A stretch of DNA of 64,000 nt, from positions 62,001 through 126,000 of the forward strand of contig CDROCS010002801.1 in the NCBI GenBank assembly GCA_977020255.1. Reading direction: 5' to 3'. Numbering within the stretch: the stretch's first letter is position 1; every line of letters starts with the position of its first letter. The stretch is from Obrimoposthia wandeli. Its lineage: Eukaryota. The notes beneath the pieces were generated by a model that saw nothing but the letters and a program-made list of their open reading frames with translations, had not been told where the DNA came from and made no database searches. The translations under genes were made by a program, and so were the position numbers. Positions 1 to 13,599 of the stretch are shown in pieces.

Positions 1-540
1 AACTGGGAATTCCGCACTCGAGGACAACCATTTTCTTGATATATAGATTTGATTTAAATTTAGATAAAGAGTCTTTTCAACAAATATATATTTATTGTCG
101 ATCTTAACATTATTTAAACAAACTTCTTCAATCATGCAATTTTTTCGTAAAAAGATACATAAGTATTTATTGTGTAAATGGAAATAAATGGCATGAAATC
201 ATAATAAACTTATTCAATTCTTTGGTTAATTCTCAACTTTATGGAGTGTCTTCTAAAATTAAACCCGATCAACATAAGCGTATCTTGGCGAAAATTTCTG
301 AAAGACGGACGTATGGCGGGCTTAACAACGTTCTTTTCCCAAAAGGTGTAATATGCGTCCCAAGGACGTATAGGTGGGAACGATAGTCACACATTAAAAA
401 TAGTAAATTAATGCAAGTAATAAACAACAAAATTGTAAAAGTTTTTTATCTACAAGAAAATCACAAAACAATTCAGCATTTGTATCACACACGAATAGTT
501 TTAATTTTTTCTCCTGAAAGAAAAATTGGCCAACACTTCC

Positions 541-845
541 ACAAATTTGTTTGCACCGTTTTATTCTTCTTCTTATCAGCATACATATCTTAATAGAAAT
601 AAGTGCAATTTTGTAACACCTCTCTAACTTTCATGCCTCGTTCAATGTTTGAGTCCGCGGTGATTTTTAGTTCCCAAACATCGTTTAACTTGTTATTTAA
701 TGTTGATATTTCATCTAGTGATTTTTTGAGGGAACAACTTTTTCGATTTCCTGATTTTCCACTTTATCTTCATAACGTAGCTGATCGATCTCCACAAGTG
801 TTTGATCGTCGATGTAGTCAATCTCAAAATCCATATATTCACCTA
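541..845 (-). mobile_element. Tigger/pogo-type transposase C-terminal remnant
   Basis: The minus strand reads ...ADSNIERGMKVREVLQNCTYFY*DMYADKKKNKTVQT, resembling the Tigger1-type tail DPNxERxxxVxRxxxxxxxCYxxIYxEKKKxxxQT. Contains a stop and a frameshift. Confidence 0.55.
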
Positions 846-1110
846 AAAACCGCATGATAGCAAGTACTCACTAATTAAGACCTTTTCATTCAAGGACTTG
901 CAGTATCATCATTTTTGGAGGTATTTCGAAGTATTTGGTTTTCAACTAATTTTTGTAATATACATGCTTCCATTCACAATAACAAAAGATATTAGATTAA
1001 AATATTTTCTATCTACAATTTCTGGAAATCTTTGCGGCATATTTAAGAAAATTAGAGAATTAAACTTTACTGCATTTTACAATTGACTAATAAAATATAT
1101 CTGTATGCAG

Positions 1111-1262
1111 TGATTGGCTCATTCTCAGTGATATACGTCGTCACGGCACAGGCCCGCTTTGTGCTCAACGAGCGTTGCCTTCCCACCAGCGAGATCGTCG
1201 TCGGTACAATTGAGATCCTTTTCTTCGTTGTCCAGGCTGTCTTCTTACTCAAGTACCATTCA
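1111..1262 (+). CDS. OTOP: Otopetrin exon (first in window): (V)IGSFSVIYVVTAQARFVLNERCLPTSEIVVGTIEILFFVVQAVFLLKYHS
   Basis: Acceptor ctgtatgcag ends at 1110 and donor gtgagt starts at 1263. The peptide resembles the otopetrin FGIGSxIY...C...FxFxQxYFIF segment. Confidence 0.85.
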
Positions 1263-2177
1263 GTGAGTATTATTCTTCGGGAACAAAATAACTCAGAAGG
1301 CAAGTATTAGAACTTTAACGATTTTATTCTGATGAAATTTGGTAAAACGTTTGGCATCATTTGGGCAGTCCCCTGTGTCCAGAAGTTAAATTAGTGTCAC
1401 TCGTTATTATTTCCAATGAAAACAAAGTTTAACCTCTTCAAATTTAGCCCACGTCATCTTCAACATTCCAACAAATGCCCTTCAAAATTCTTCTGACATG
1501 CTTGTATTGGTTTCTAAAAGATTCCAATGTCGCAAAAGACATCTCATGACATCGGCAATATCATTTTCCATAACAATCTTTCAGTGTTTACCTCCGGGTC
1601 AAAATGGATCGCACACTGAAATCTTGAGTTATGCAATATATTTGTTCGTCCAGCTGCTGCAATTCGTCTAAATGTCTAATTTATCTGGCTAAAGGTGAAG
1701 TGGATCAATTTAAACTCAAGTGCGACCGATATAGCACATTGATCTATATTTTCCCAATATTGTTCAATGTTCAACATATCATTATTAAGAACCGAATTTG
1801 TTATAGTTTATTATTCACCAAAAATATTATAATTTTCATGTTTAACAGGATTTTTATTGATTAACAATATTCAGTCTGTCACATCGTTTAAAAGGATATC
1901 ATAAATCTAACAATTACTAAAACAGATGAAATTTATGACATGCAAAAATGATCATATACCAACTTTTATACTTAAATCTAAATACATTATTTAAAAGTCA
2001 TTACCAATTGCTGTTAAGAAACTGAACATGACATGATTTACTGGTGATAAAACTGATAGTAAAAGTTGAGCATTTAAAAACAAATCACACAAATTTTAGA
2101 CTGATTTCAAACCTATTATTTATATCCAAAGATCTCACAATACGCTTTTAGAGTTATCATTCATTGGAATCAATGAA

Positions 2178-2390
2178 TTGGAGCTGCATTGGTGTAAACG
2201 TTATTTACTTTTGCTTAAACAATCTGCTACAATTGATGATACTATATATTATACTGAATTCTTTAAATGCAGTGTTCTTCAGGGTTCGATTCTTGGTTCG
2301 CTCTTATTTTCGATGTATACTATGTCAAACGTAGCGATTATTAAGAAATATAATATTCATTACCCCCTTCATGTCGATTACCCATGATCT
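2178..2390 (+). mobile_element. L2/CR1-clade LINE reverse transcriptase fragment
   Basis: SVLQGSILGSLLFSMYT...IIKKYNIHYPLHVD is a degenerate form of GVPQGSILGPLLFSLYT...IxKHxIxFHxYADD. Confidence 0.7.
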
Positions 2391-3659
2391 CATTACCGAT
2401 ACCGATATCCAAAAAGAGCCATACAGTGCTAGAGCATCCACATGGTTCATAAATCAAGCAACTTGCCCTACGTAATATGAACGGTGATTTACTACAAATA
2501 TGCATGTACAGACATTTTGAACTAAGGCGTTTCGGATTAGGACGTTTCGAACTTTTCAGATTTTTTGAAGAAATTGCTGTTATTTCTAAGCAAAAAATTT
2601 GGGTCAAATTAAAAGAAAAACTTTTAAATTTACGTCAATTTTTTTTAAAATTCAATTTGACTCAATTTATAAGAAATAGAAAATTTTCAGAAAATTTTAG
2701 ATTTTAGTCAATTGAGAAAATTTTATTTTTTTTAAAGAAAATTTCAAAAGAAAATATCACAGTTCAATCATTTATTTATTAACTATTCTTACAGCAATCA
2801 GTCAATCAGACTTAGAAGTTTGGCTGTCCACCTCTCAAGTTGTGGCTATCGCCTTGAAGGAGACTATTTCTTAAAATTTCACCAAAATAACCTATTAGAA
2901 AGAACACCAATCTCTTCCAAAAATCTGGAAAGTCCGAAACGTCATACATTCACTGTGATTAGTTTGAGGGAAAAAATTGCCAGAAAAACATGAATAACCG
3001 ATTATTTTAATAAAATCTACAACTATGTAATTCATGGCTTACTGACGTTTCACACGTACTGTATTTTGTATTTTGTATTTGTATTGTATTTTGAAGCTAA
3101 CCAAGAAAAGTGGAAACATTGAGGACATTTGCAAAATGCTGAAATAAAATGAGCCCCCTAACAATTATGTATCAACAATAAATCAACCACACTGAAATAT
3201 CGTAAACAATTCTTCTAAGAGTGCATTGAGTACTATACCGATATTTGCGGTTGAATAGTCCTTGATTTGTCCATTGGAGGACCGTATTCTCAGCTGACAT
3301 TGCCACCTCGGTGGAACTGCAAATATTCACGATTCAGTAATTATTGGTGCAATGATCGGTCTGGCACTGTCTATTGTCGTTTTTCAAGAGCCTTGAGTTG
3401 CCAATTAAACCATGAATCTTCTGCAGATAGCATTCAGTCTCGCATCAGAAACGCTGTCTGGAAAATGTCTGGTGACCTTCTGCACCGTGTATTTTCTTCA
3501 TAGTCAGCTTAACTGTAACTGCAGCATGCTTTCAAAGATGATGCACAGAAAATCAACAATGCTCTGACATATAAAAGGAATTGTTGTAGACAACGATCCA
3601 GCAAACAATTGTGCGCAACTATGTGACATTTTAACCATTGAAGAACCAAACCTCAAAGT

Positions 3660-4040
3660 AAATTAAAGATTAATTACTCAAAAGCGCTTCTTATTTTGCC
3701 AATATAAATATTATCCCTCATAAGATTTTCCGAATAGAAAAGTCTTCACCTGCTTCTTGAAAATTTCAACACTGTCACGGTTTCTTATATCCATCCTCAA
3801 ATTGTTGTAAAGATTGGAAACATAAATTGTTTGTAATTTGAGAATTTTTAAACAATCTGCAATCATCATCGTTGCTCCTAAGATGCATATACATGCTCAC
3901 TGCACCAGGCTCAAGAATGTAATATAAATATTTGGGAGTTTGCGAGAGAATACATTTTTGGATAATAAGTAGGATCTTGAATTCAATTCTGGCATTGGTC
4001 AAAGCTTCATTTACTTTTCCCTTGTGCTAGCATGTTGATG
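3660..4040 (-). mobile_element. L2-type LINE 3' end (ORF2 C-terminus plus 3' UTR)
   Basis: ARIEFKILLIIQKCI...PKYL...LRS matches the L2 LHWLPIxARIxFKILL...YL...LRS tail. Related copies lie at ~8010, ~36780 and ~53500. Confidence 0.7.
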
Positions 4041-6169
4041 ACTATTTGCAGATTAAGTAATTTTTAATTAATTAGTAAATTGAAGTTGCATTGAATTGCA
4101 AAAATTCAAACAGGCCATTTGGAGGCCAGAATTTGTTCTGCAGTTTAAGGTTCTTGGTGTTTGTGTATGTGTGTGATTTCTAAGATATATATTTAAAAAT
4201 GCAATAAAATAAAGATAAAGAACGAATTTTAAAAGCCACTTTATTTTTATCAAACTTAACATTGACTTTTTTATTTTATAGAGTTCTATATGTGTTCCAT
4301 TTCTTCAATTACACGATGAAAACGACTGTGGTAATTCTCAAAAACATCAGAAAGCATATTTTGATTTACTAACTGAAATGGCTCTTTGATCTTTTTCTTG
4401 GGCTGGAGCCCACTATTTAACTTAAATGTTATGAAACCCAACAGAAATAATCACAAAGAGTAAGTTCTGGTGAACGAGAAGGCCAAGGCATTGTTGGGAT
4501 TCACGACCTTTACACCTGTTGTGGAACATTTGATCCAACCAACTTCTTACAACCAAACCCCAGCGAGGAGGTTCACCGTCATGCATGAAGTTCATCATTT
4601 GTCTTTCTGAATGATTAAGTATTGGATAAAACTATCCACGAAGCAATTCCAAATAAATTTTATATAAATCCTTGAGTCATCAAAGTCAGAAATTTGGTGA
4701 TGATTTAACCTATAGTATGGGAGGCAGCACAGTCAAATCATTCTGCAGCAGTTGAGCTGCTATTATGAACTCGCCTCTTCAATTGAGGATTCAGGTAGAC
4801 AGCTGCATTGAGACAGCTGTGTCTATGCAACTTTTCTCAAATATGTTTCTTTCATTGTTTGAATAAGGAGTACTTACAAACTTGCCTATTAATTAACAGC
4901 TCATAATGATTGAGCAATTTTCAATGGTGAAACATTTTGTTCAAATTATAAGAACGGACATTTTTCTAATTAATGTCCCCTCGCCTGTCCTGATATTATT
5001 GCAAGCAGTAACTCGGGAAAGCTCTATAAAAGACAAGCCTAATGTTGGTTAGACTATCTCATTTGATTAAGAATTTATAAATTTAAAAGGGATTTCACTT
5101 TAATATGTTGTTAAAGTAGATTACGATGCCGATAAGTACCGAGCATATATAAGTGAACGGTAATATATTTACTACATATTTATCTTTTTGTAACTTTTTA
5201 TATAACAAGAAAATTTAAACATAGTATACATAGGAATAAGGATTTTCTTCATTTCATAAATGCTTTATAAAATAAAATCGTTTTAATAAAAAATAAATCC
5301 AATTTGACGTCAAAATAACAAATTACTTGAACGCAAATAATCTATATTTAGTGTGTCTACCTTTACATTCAAACGTTTGGTTTATTCTACGAGCCATACA
5401 AAAAATGTATGATATTTTCACTAATTCCTTTAAAAGCTCTACGAATTTCATTCATATATTCTTCTTTGGTTCTACTAGTAGAATGAAATTGATGGTTGAG
5501 CAACTGTATTAATGGAGGGGAAATATTCAGAGTGATTATCATTCATTTCGCTCTTAAGTATCTATGAGTCTCAACATTTTTAAAATTGTTCCCATTTACA
5601 CTCAGACTCTTTTAGTGGCTGTGTTAAGCATGGAATGAAACATCCCGAGTCGCTAATGTTCAAAATAGGGACATTTTTGATTAAAAAAATAACAGAGACA
5701 TCAGAAAAGTAACTAGACCAAAAGTAGCTGCGAATACATGCTTTTGTCACACAAAACTTTATATCATTGCACACACATGCTCGCCATTTAAGATAATAAA
5801 AGAGTAGATATCAACTTTCAAATTTTATTTAAATTTCAAAAAATTGTCTGAATAAGTTTTAAATTTTTTTTTTTTAAGTTTTCCGAATTCAACCCTTTGA
5901 GTCTGAATTTAAACACCATATAAAGATAATGTTTTAGATGCCTACTAGAGGTTGACACAGTGTCAGATTCCTCACATGCTTTTGAAACTTCTGCAATCTG
6001 AGACATTATAAAATGTGCATTTATTTGGATATCTTTCCCCGCCATAATATAAATAACTATGACATCTTTTGGTACAAGGTAGGGTGTTCATAAGGTATAG
6101 AAAAGTCAAAAGCAACTCTGAGGAGAAGCTAATAATATTTTGTTAGTTTTTTATATAAAATAGAAAGTT

Positions 6170-6610
6170 TTGGATGACATCAAAGATTTCATAATATTAT
6201 AGTAAATGTTTGACCATCATATTATTGCGCTGTAAATAGTATGCAGTTCAGACTGTTGACATATTATCATGGACATTGCTTCACTAATACGTCATAAAGA
6301 ATGGGTTACCAATGAATTTAGCTGCAAACCCTATCCATACTATGAGTTTAGGAGAATTTAATGGTGCCTCTTGATATACTAATTGGAAACTAATTGAATA
6401 TTATTGACAAAAGTTTCATCTCCATTGCAAAGGTTTCGTATGGAATGATTTTAACTTCATATGAACACGCATTATTTCGTGAACTGAGGATAAGGGAGGA
6501 ATTTTTGTCTTTTCAATTCACCTCAGCTATTCGCTACCGCCATTTTGGAACACGGACCTTTAATGAAATCATTCTCCGTTTTAAATTACTGAACTGCTTT
6601 TGACACAGAA
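6170..6610 (-). mobile_element. Possible Helitron PIF1-helicase C-terminal remnant (heavily degraded)
   Basis: The minus strand gives FN*FPISISRGTIKFS*THSMDRV...YDGQTFTII, comparable to RQFPxRLAFAMTINKSQGQTxDRV...NIVY. Many stops. Confidence 0.4.
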
Positions 6611-6792
6611 TTTAAATTTTGGGAATAACACTGTAATAATTAATCAACATTAATAATGAAGCGAAGCGAAATTAATGTAATTAATTATGTAGCGAAAGGT
6701 TGAGACCTAATACAATACCGGCGGCAAACATGGTGTCAAGACTGAAAATTTTAAGCGCCTGAGGTAGGTCAAATTTGCACACAGGTAAAGTA

Positions 6793-6839
6793 AGATCGAG
6801 TTTAAAATCGCGACGCAGTCGCGATTTTAAACTCGGTCT
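6793..6839. repeat. Perfect 18-bp inverted repeat with a 3-nt loop (DNA hairpin)
   Basis: cgagtttaaaatcgcgac-gca-gtcgcgattttaaactcg at 6797-6835, extendable by aga/tct after one mismatch. Confidence 0.95.
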
Positions 6840-8009
6840 ACGTGATTTTTTTCAATTTCACCTGAGGCCATTTGAAAATTTTCTCAGAAAAAACAATTTT
6901 TTATTTTGAAAAAAAATTTTTTTGGGTGACAAAATTTGTTACCCCTGGGAATCTCGAAAGTTGAAAAGAATGGATATTTCTCGGCTTTTTGCACTAAAAA
7001 GATGAAAGTGTTAGACAAAGTTTCTCAAAATCAATGACAAGGAATACGAAAAAGGTAGCTCGGTTCACTGGCTACAAAGAGGAGAAGAGCTTTTTCGAAA
7101 ATAATTGTAATGCTAAACTAAACGGGTGACATGTAGTAATATAAATAAAATAGATAAATATATGTTTTGTTCTCCCAAGGCTTTTCAATGCGAGCTCAAA
7201 ATAAGTGGGAATTTCGACTGAAGAAATGATAGGAAAATATTAAATCAAGTTTATTGATTTTACTGAGAAAAGAAAAGTGATTTTGAGTAAAGTAATTCTT
7301 AAATATATTGAAGAATCTTTATCATTTATTTTGCTAGTTAATAAAAAGCTAATATTTGTGGAAAAAAACTTTTATCATATATAAATAATAAATATTGTTA
7401 AAAGTTGCGTTAAGATTCACTTAAAAATATTAGTAAAGTAGTAAAGAATTTAAGTTAATTTCAACAACAAAAATTTCATTAATTTTTGCATTTTTAATTT
7501 GAATAATAATTAGGCTTATTATTTTATATATCAATATTAAAAACAATCTGAAAAAAAATTATTTACAATTATTAAGGCAATTTAAATTTCAAATTATATT
7601 AACGTGGTTATTACAACTAATTTTCAAAGAAATTTGACTGATAAAAATGCATTATTTAACGTACAAAATCCATTTTAAAAAGTTAATAAGTCATTTGACC
7701 ATCAAATATTTAAAGTTTGTTAATAATTAATATTCCGAAAGATAAAATTATATATTTTTAAATGTAAAAGGAATTAATTTTAGATTTAGAGTTTTAATTA
7801 ATTAAAATTTATGTTCTTTTAAATAATTTTCTAAACATTTTAATTTGAATGAACTGAAGAAGTTTTTTATTATTATTTTACTACAAATATAAAACTATAT
7901 ATGTTCTTATCTGTCTTTAGAATATTATGGTTACAAAAATATGGGTGAAAAATACATAAATCAAAATTATATATTTAATAATGCGATGATACCTAATAAA
8001 TATATGATC

Positions 8010-8130
8010 TATTACTCAAAAGCGCTTCTTATTTTTCTATTATCTTCCCAATTTTATTTCAATAGTAAAAAACTGTTTCTTGAAATTTTCAACATTGTTA
8101 CATTTTCTTATATTCAATTTATCAAACATT
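8010..8130 (-). mobile_element. Second copy of the L2-type 3' UTR
   Basis: attactcaaaagcgcttcttatttt...cttgaaa(a)tttcaaca(c/t)tgt(c/t)ac is shared with 3670-3790. Confidence 0.6.
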
Positions 8131-10764
8131 TAGTTCTTCATATAGATTCCTAATTAAGTTCTTCTTGTCTCGTCGTAGCGAAAGGTTGACTCACCACCGT
8201 TGAGTCTTGACTAAGTAAGTAAATATACTGCGACGGTGGTGGCGTTCGTCGCTGCACTGGTGATAAGTCTCCATACAACTCCTCCTCGATATCTTCGTAC
8301 AAGTCAATGTTGTTGGAAAATACCCTTTTTTTATGAGTAAAAATAATTAAAATAAGTTTTCTTAGATGTACTAACATAGTAAGAGGTTCTGTGTCTTTCA
8401 GAACAAGGCAAAGTAGGTGGGATTCTGTTTGGCGATATAGCGAGATGTTTAGAAGAGGTTTCAGAAGGGAGATTAACACGATTGATTAAATTCTAAAGAA
8501 AATTATACCAAATCAACTATAGTATATTTAATCTCAACAAATATATGCTTGTATCTTAAAACTATGATGAAATCTATATATTTTTCAGGGATTTTGTTAA
8601 AATTTCATTGATCTCAAAATTTTTTAAACTAACGTGAAATTATCCATAATGCACATATTTATCAATATTTCGATTACAGTAAGAAAATTAGTGTAGATTT
8701 TGGAATACTTTAGAGGCCTGACATTAAACATTATCAGAATATATAATCCATAATAAGGTTAGAAATTAGAGTATTATCGGTTTGGCTTAGAGGTTAGAGC
8801 ATTAGCGGTTTAGGTTAGAGTTAGAGCTGTTAGGGTAAATCTTGACTGTTCTCAGTAAGGACATAATTACATTTCTGAGACCACTGAAATATTAGTTATT
8901 ATGTGTAAGTTTTTTTTTCGTTATTACTATCAATATTTCACAATTGGTTTCGATTAAATGTATCCATCAGCTCAAAAATCATTTGTAAACTAAGATTTTA
9001 TAATATTTCATTTAAATTCTATTGATTTATGAGAAAAATTGTTAAATGTAGAACTTAAAGATTAATATTTAGTTAGTAAATCAGTCTAAATAGATTAAAT
9101 TGGGATATATTGCTGTTATTGAAGATGCGTTTTAGAAGAGAAATTATTATGAATTAGAGAAAAATGGCTAATTCTATCCTAATTGATTTATTGAGAAGAT
9201 GGGTTTATTTGATAAATGTTTGAAAGTTTGGGGAAAAAGGGAATATAGGCTTGTTTCTAGATTCTGCTATGCATAAGCTGGATTTATTCGATATATGTAA
9301 GAAAATTAAGGAAAAGGTTAGGATTAGTGGGTTAGCGTTTTAGGGAGGTTAGAAGTTAGGGTTAGGGTGTATCTTTCCAAAATATAACTTATTTCATAAT
9401 ATTGAACTCACATTGAATACTTTTTAAGACTGTAAAAAGATGTTGTAAATAGTTGCTTATAGGGTCTAAGTCATGTATGAGTCAAAACAAAAGTTTTTAG
9501 GGGAAACCTAAGCTTTATTGAATAGCTTCCAACAACTGGCGGTGGTGAAGGATTTGAATAAGAGTATTGGTGGAAATAATCAGTGATAGAGTAATCATAA
9601 AAACCAATATGAACCAAATATTTATTAATTTAAAGAAAAAGGAGTATTCGTAAGATCTTTAAATGGTTTTCTTTTAGTAGTAATACTATTAGGAGATGTG
9701 AGTGATTGCGTATTCGGATTCATGTTTCCCTATAATTATTTCGGTTTTGGTTCATATTAGCATATTAATGACTTCCTGAACCAATGTTGCTTATCTTGAT
9801 TATTATTCATATTTTCCAAATTAATGTATATCGATATTGTTAATTTATAACATATTAACGACTACAGATTTCAGATAAATATTGAAAAACCGGATATAAG
9901 GTGATTACGTATAAGAAGTGAAATTAGGATAAATGAGAGCTTATATATGTTCTAAAAGGGATAAGCTGAATCTATTCGATATATCTGTTGGAAAAATAGA
10001 GAAAATAAGACATGATTATAGATTCTGTTATGTATGAGAAGAGGAATTATGCTAAATTATATGAAAATAGCTATTTCTGTCATAAAGTGATTTATTGATA
10101 AGCTGGGTTTATATCTATATATATATATTTGGGTAAATTAGGAAACCAAGGAATATTATGGTGAATTATACGAAGTTTGACTGCTGTATAAGAAGGAAAA
10201 AATAAAATCTAGATTGAATTATATATTCTAAAATATTTCAGAAGAAAGGTTATAGGAAATTTTATAAGAGTGAGAAAAAAAATGTTAGTGGGAATGAATC
10301 AAATAGTTATAATAAACCGAGGCTTTCTATCCATACGATTACATAGAAATTTTGATATGTATTGAAATAACTTCCAACATAACCCTCACTTTCAGAAAAA
10401 GACACCGAAATATACTTCTTTATTGATCATGAATTTCTACATAACCCTAGATACATATTGAAACTTTAGTGAAATTATCTAAATTTTACTAATATCCTAA
10501 TCCTATTTTCAGCCCATATTTTCATTTTCAAACATCCATTTCATCAAACTGCCGTGTTCGAGGAATACTTGAATCATCGCCATGGCTAGGCATGATTTTT
10601 ATAATGTAGCATTTTATTGAGTATGAAGCAATGGATGGTAGAAGAATATAGATTTATGTATTACAGTCTATTGAAGAGATTTCAGAAGTAAAAATGAACC
10701 ATATTGGTTATTTTTTATTCTAAATAAACTTATACAAGACCGTCTATTTTATCCATATTTCGAT

Positions 10765-10845
10765 CAAAACTGAATTAGTTGGCTCACGTTTGTAACAATG
10801 GAATCTATTAGAAACCAATATAACTGTTCCATGTTTTCATAACAG
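10765..10845 (+). mobile_element. Chapaev3-like (CMC) transposase fragment
   Basis: SKTELVGSRL*QWNLLE matches the AELLGSRLxQWNLL motif also seen at 38400. The family name is from memory. Confidence 0.4.
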
Positions 10846-13599
10846 ATTTTACTTCATAATCAAATGTTACAACTAAATATACTGTTTCCTATATACGTAA
10901 AATCGCTATTTTGTGTGAAACATTAAATAAAATATATTTATATACTCGGAGAAATATGGTCATTCTTTGTAGCTACTTTTAAAATGTGTAAAACTCAAAA
11001 TAAAAATTAATTATTTTAAGTTATTATCTTAATAGTCAAAATTTGTTGTATAAAATTAAAATAAAAAATAAATTTTGTAGCGACCTCATAATGTTAGGTT
11101 AATTTAAAACTTAATTGTATTTCCGATTTGTGAAACAACACTCTATTATCACCTTATGTATATATGTTATTTATTATTATTAATTTTTTTAAAAATCTTA
11201 TGAATTTGAATAAAGTTCAATTTTTGTGTGAATTTTCTATTTCATATTTATTTGGTATGTTTTCATTAATTATACAATTTATTTTCACAATATGTCAAAA
11301 TCAATATTGATGTTCTAAATAATTCTAAATTGTGTATGTATATTTTGTAGTCTGGTTCTGAGTCAAGCATTTAAAATACTAAAGATACCGAAATATTCAA
11401 ACTGCTTTATTATCATAAAAACTAAATATTAAAACAAACTTTTAATTAGTCATAATAAAAATAGAATTGTTAATTTTTAAACAATTAAATATTAACTGTA
11501 TTCTACAGTATACATAGGGGACCATACGTTAGGTAATTTTTTTAAACAAGGAAAATTCTCTCTATATATATATTTATATCTTTAATGCATCGATTTAAAA
11601 TGATCTTGAATAATCTCTTATAAAACAGTTCAAATACAATTTTTCACAAGGATATCAGAAGATATGGTTGTTTGTGCTATTTTTAGTTACAATATTCCTC
11701 ATAAAGAGGGTGACCCCGGCGTAGTCAAAATTGCTATTTGAAAAAGATTATTACAAGATAAGAAGTAAAAGCTGGAGATCTTACTGAAATTGGCAAAAAC
11801 TCATCTTAAAGAAGCTGTTGGGTTTAAAATGAATATAGTAGAAAATGTAAAGGACCTAATCGTGTTATTTCTTTGGTAAGCTATAGACATAAAAGATAAC
11901 TTTTGTTTTGTCATATTGATTTAGTTATACACAAATGAATACGATTAAGCGAATTCAAATTTTACTTGTAATGGTGAAATTTTCAGTCAAAAAACTAGAA
12001 TGACATTCCTCACGAGAACACAATCAGAAATATTTTCAACATATTTAAGTGTTTGGGAAGTGTGGCTGATGCACCATAATCAGGGCGTTCCTCAATTCAC
12101 ATTAAGAAAAGAGAAGATATTAAAGAGCATTAAATATTCCATAAACACATAAAATATCGATAAGAAAGACATGCAGAGTTCTCAAATGTTCACCTGGGTC
12201 TGATTTGAAAGTTTAAAACATGACATAAACTCATAGGTCACACAGGAGTTGCTCAAAGACGATTGTGCACTTCCAGTTCACATGTGTGAAATGCTATCAG
12301 AAACTTTTGATAACGATGAAATTTATGTTACGAAACGTTTTATTTTCCAGTTTGCTGGCACTAATTGGCACTGAAAAACCAAGCGATACATTCAAGAGTC
12401 AACGATGTCGAGTACAAGAGTTTATATAAAGTTGCAACATTATATGATAAGTCTAATACTTTGATTAACAGAAATCGATTTACTTTGGCAGATTGTACAG
12501 GAAATTGCATGAGTAATACCTCTGCCATTCGCATTGTCACCCTACTGGTTCAAAAATGCGGTACAGATGCTCGAAGCCGAGATAAGTTTAGTTGAAACTC
12601 GACAATCCGTTTCTGTATTGAATTATTAAGAGCCCACAGATCAAGAACGTTTTGGTTAACTAAAAATACAAAGTTGAATGATTTTCTAATTTTACCAAAT
12701 CATGTTAACATTTTATCACTGTTTAAAATTAACTTTGTCGTTTATATTTTTAAAATCGTAGATAATTAGTTGGCATGGACCTCTTCTTCATTTTTAGCCG
12801 CTCTATAAGTCTTTGTTAATTTTATTCTAAAGCAAAATTCTATGGTTTTTGTGATAAGAATTGATGCTCTTCATTTACTCGTACTTCGCGCCCTTCATTA
12901 GGAGGGAATTCATGTTGATTTGAACAAGTTGAGCATACAGTCACTGAGTAAATAAGTGGCGCTATTTGACAGGCATGGCGAGTAACAAAGACGGAGTGGG
13001 CAAAGAATGGCTGAGTCAGAGTGGCCACAAGTGTATTTGCTCGGTGACTATTTCCCCAGACATGTCAACTACCCAGGCTGGTTGTGACCTTCATGAAATA
13101 TTTATGGGGAGGCAATTATCGTCATATTAGCCCCAATTAGTGTCACTGGCTACGGCGTGGTCATCCACAACAGCTACAGCAACCTTCTGGTAAAGGAACA
13201 TATCCAAATGCCCTAGAGTAGCTAAATTAACTAAAATTTCACTTTCAACTTACTTGGTGTTGCATGGGCCCCGAAAATGTAGACGTGCCGGAGCGAGACT
13301 TTGTCATTGCACTTCGATGAAGTTAAACTCCGCGCTTTCCTTAGTTGGGCGAATCGAGCACGGAATATCTGATATTCAACAAAATGTTTTCGTTTCTTTT
13401 AAAATGTATATATAAATTCCAAAATTTAAAAGTACTCTTAAAAACTACACAGCTGTTAAAAAACATTATTTTAATATTTATTTGTCTAAAATACTTTATT
13501 ATCTGATATTCAAAGCGGTTCGTGTTCTCCAAAGTTTAAAATATGCTTTAACTTTTTCTAAATCATTAAAACTATTTTCTATTATATTTGATCATTTGT

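Noticed and set aside
3180-4920. GC-richer patches at ~3270-3600 and ~4480-4850 as extra exons
   Set aside because: The flanking otopetrin exons already join without a gap in homology, and no coherent spliced frame was found; probably old repeat debris.
8755-9367. ttagg/ttaggg runs as telomeric sequence (also near 26350 and 26920)
   Set aside because: Short, degenerate and interstitial; not a telomere array.
12300-13150. GC-richer stretch with a faint DIRS/LTR RT-like VLDLWALNNSI and EGIHVDL
   Set aside because: The motifs are too short and not collinear enough to assign a family.
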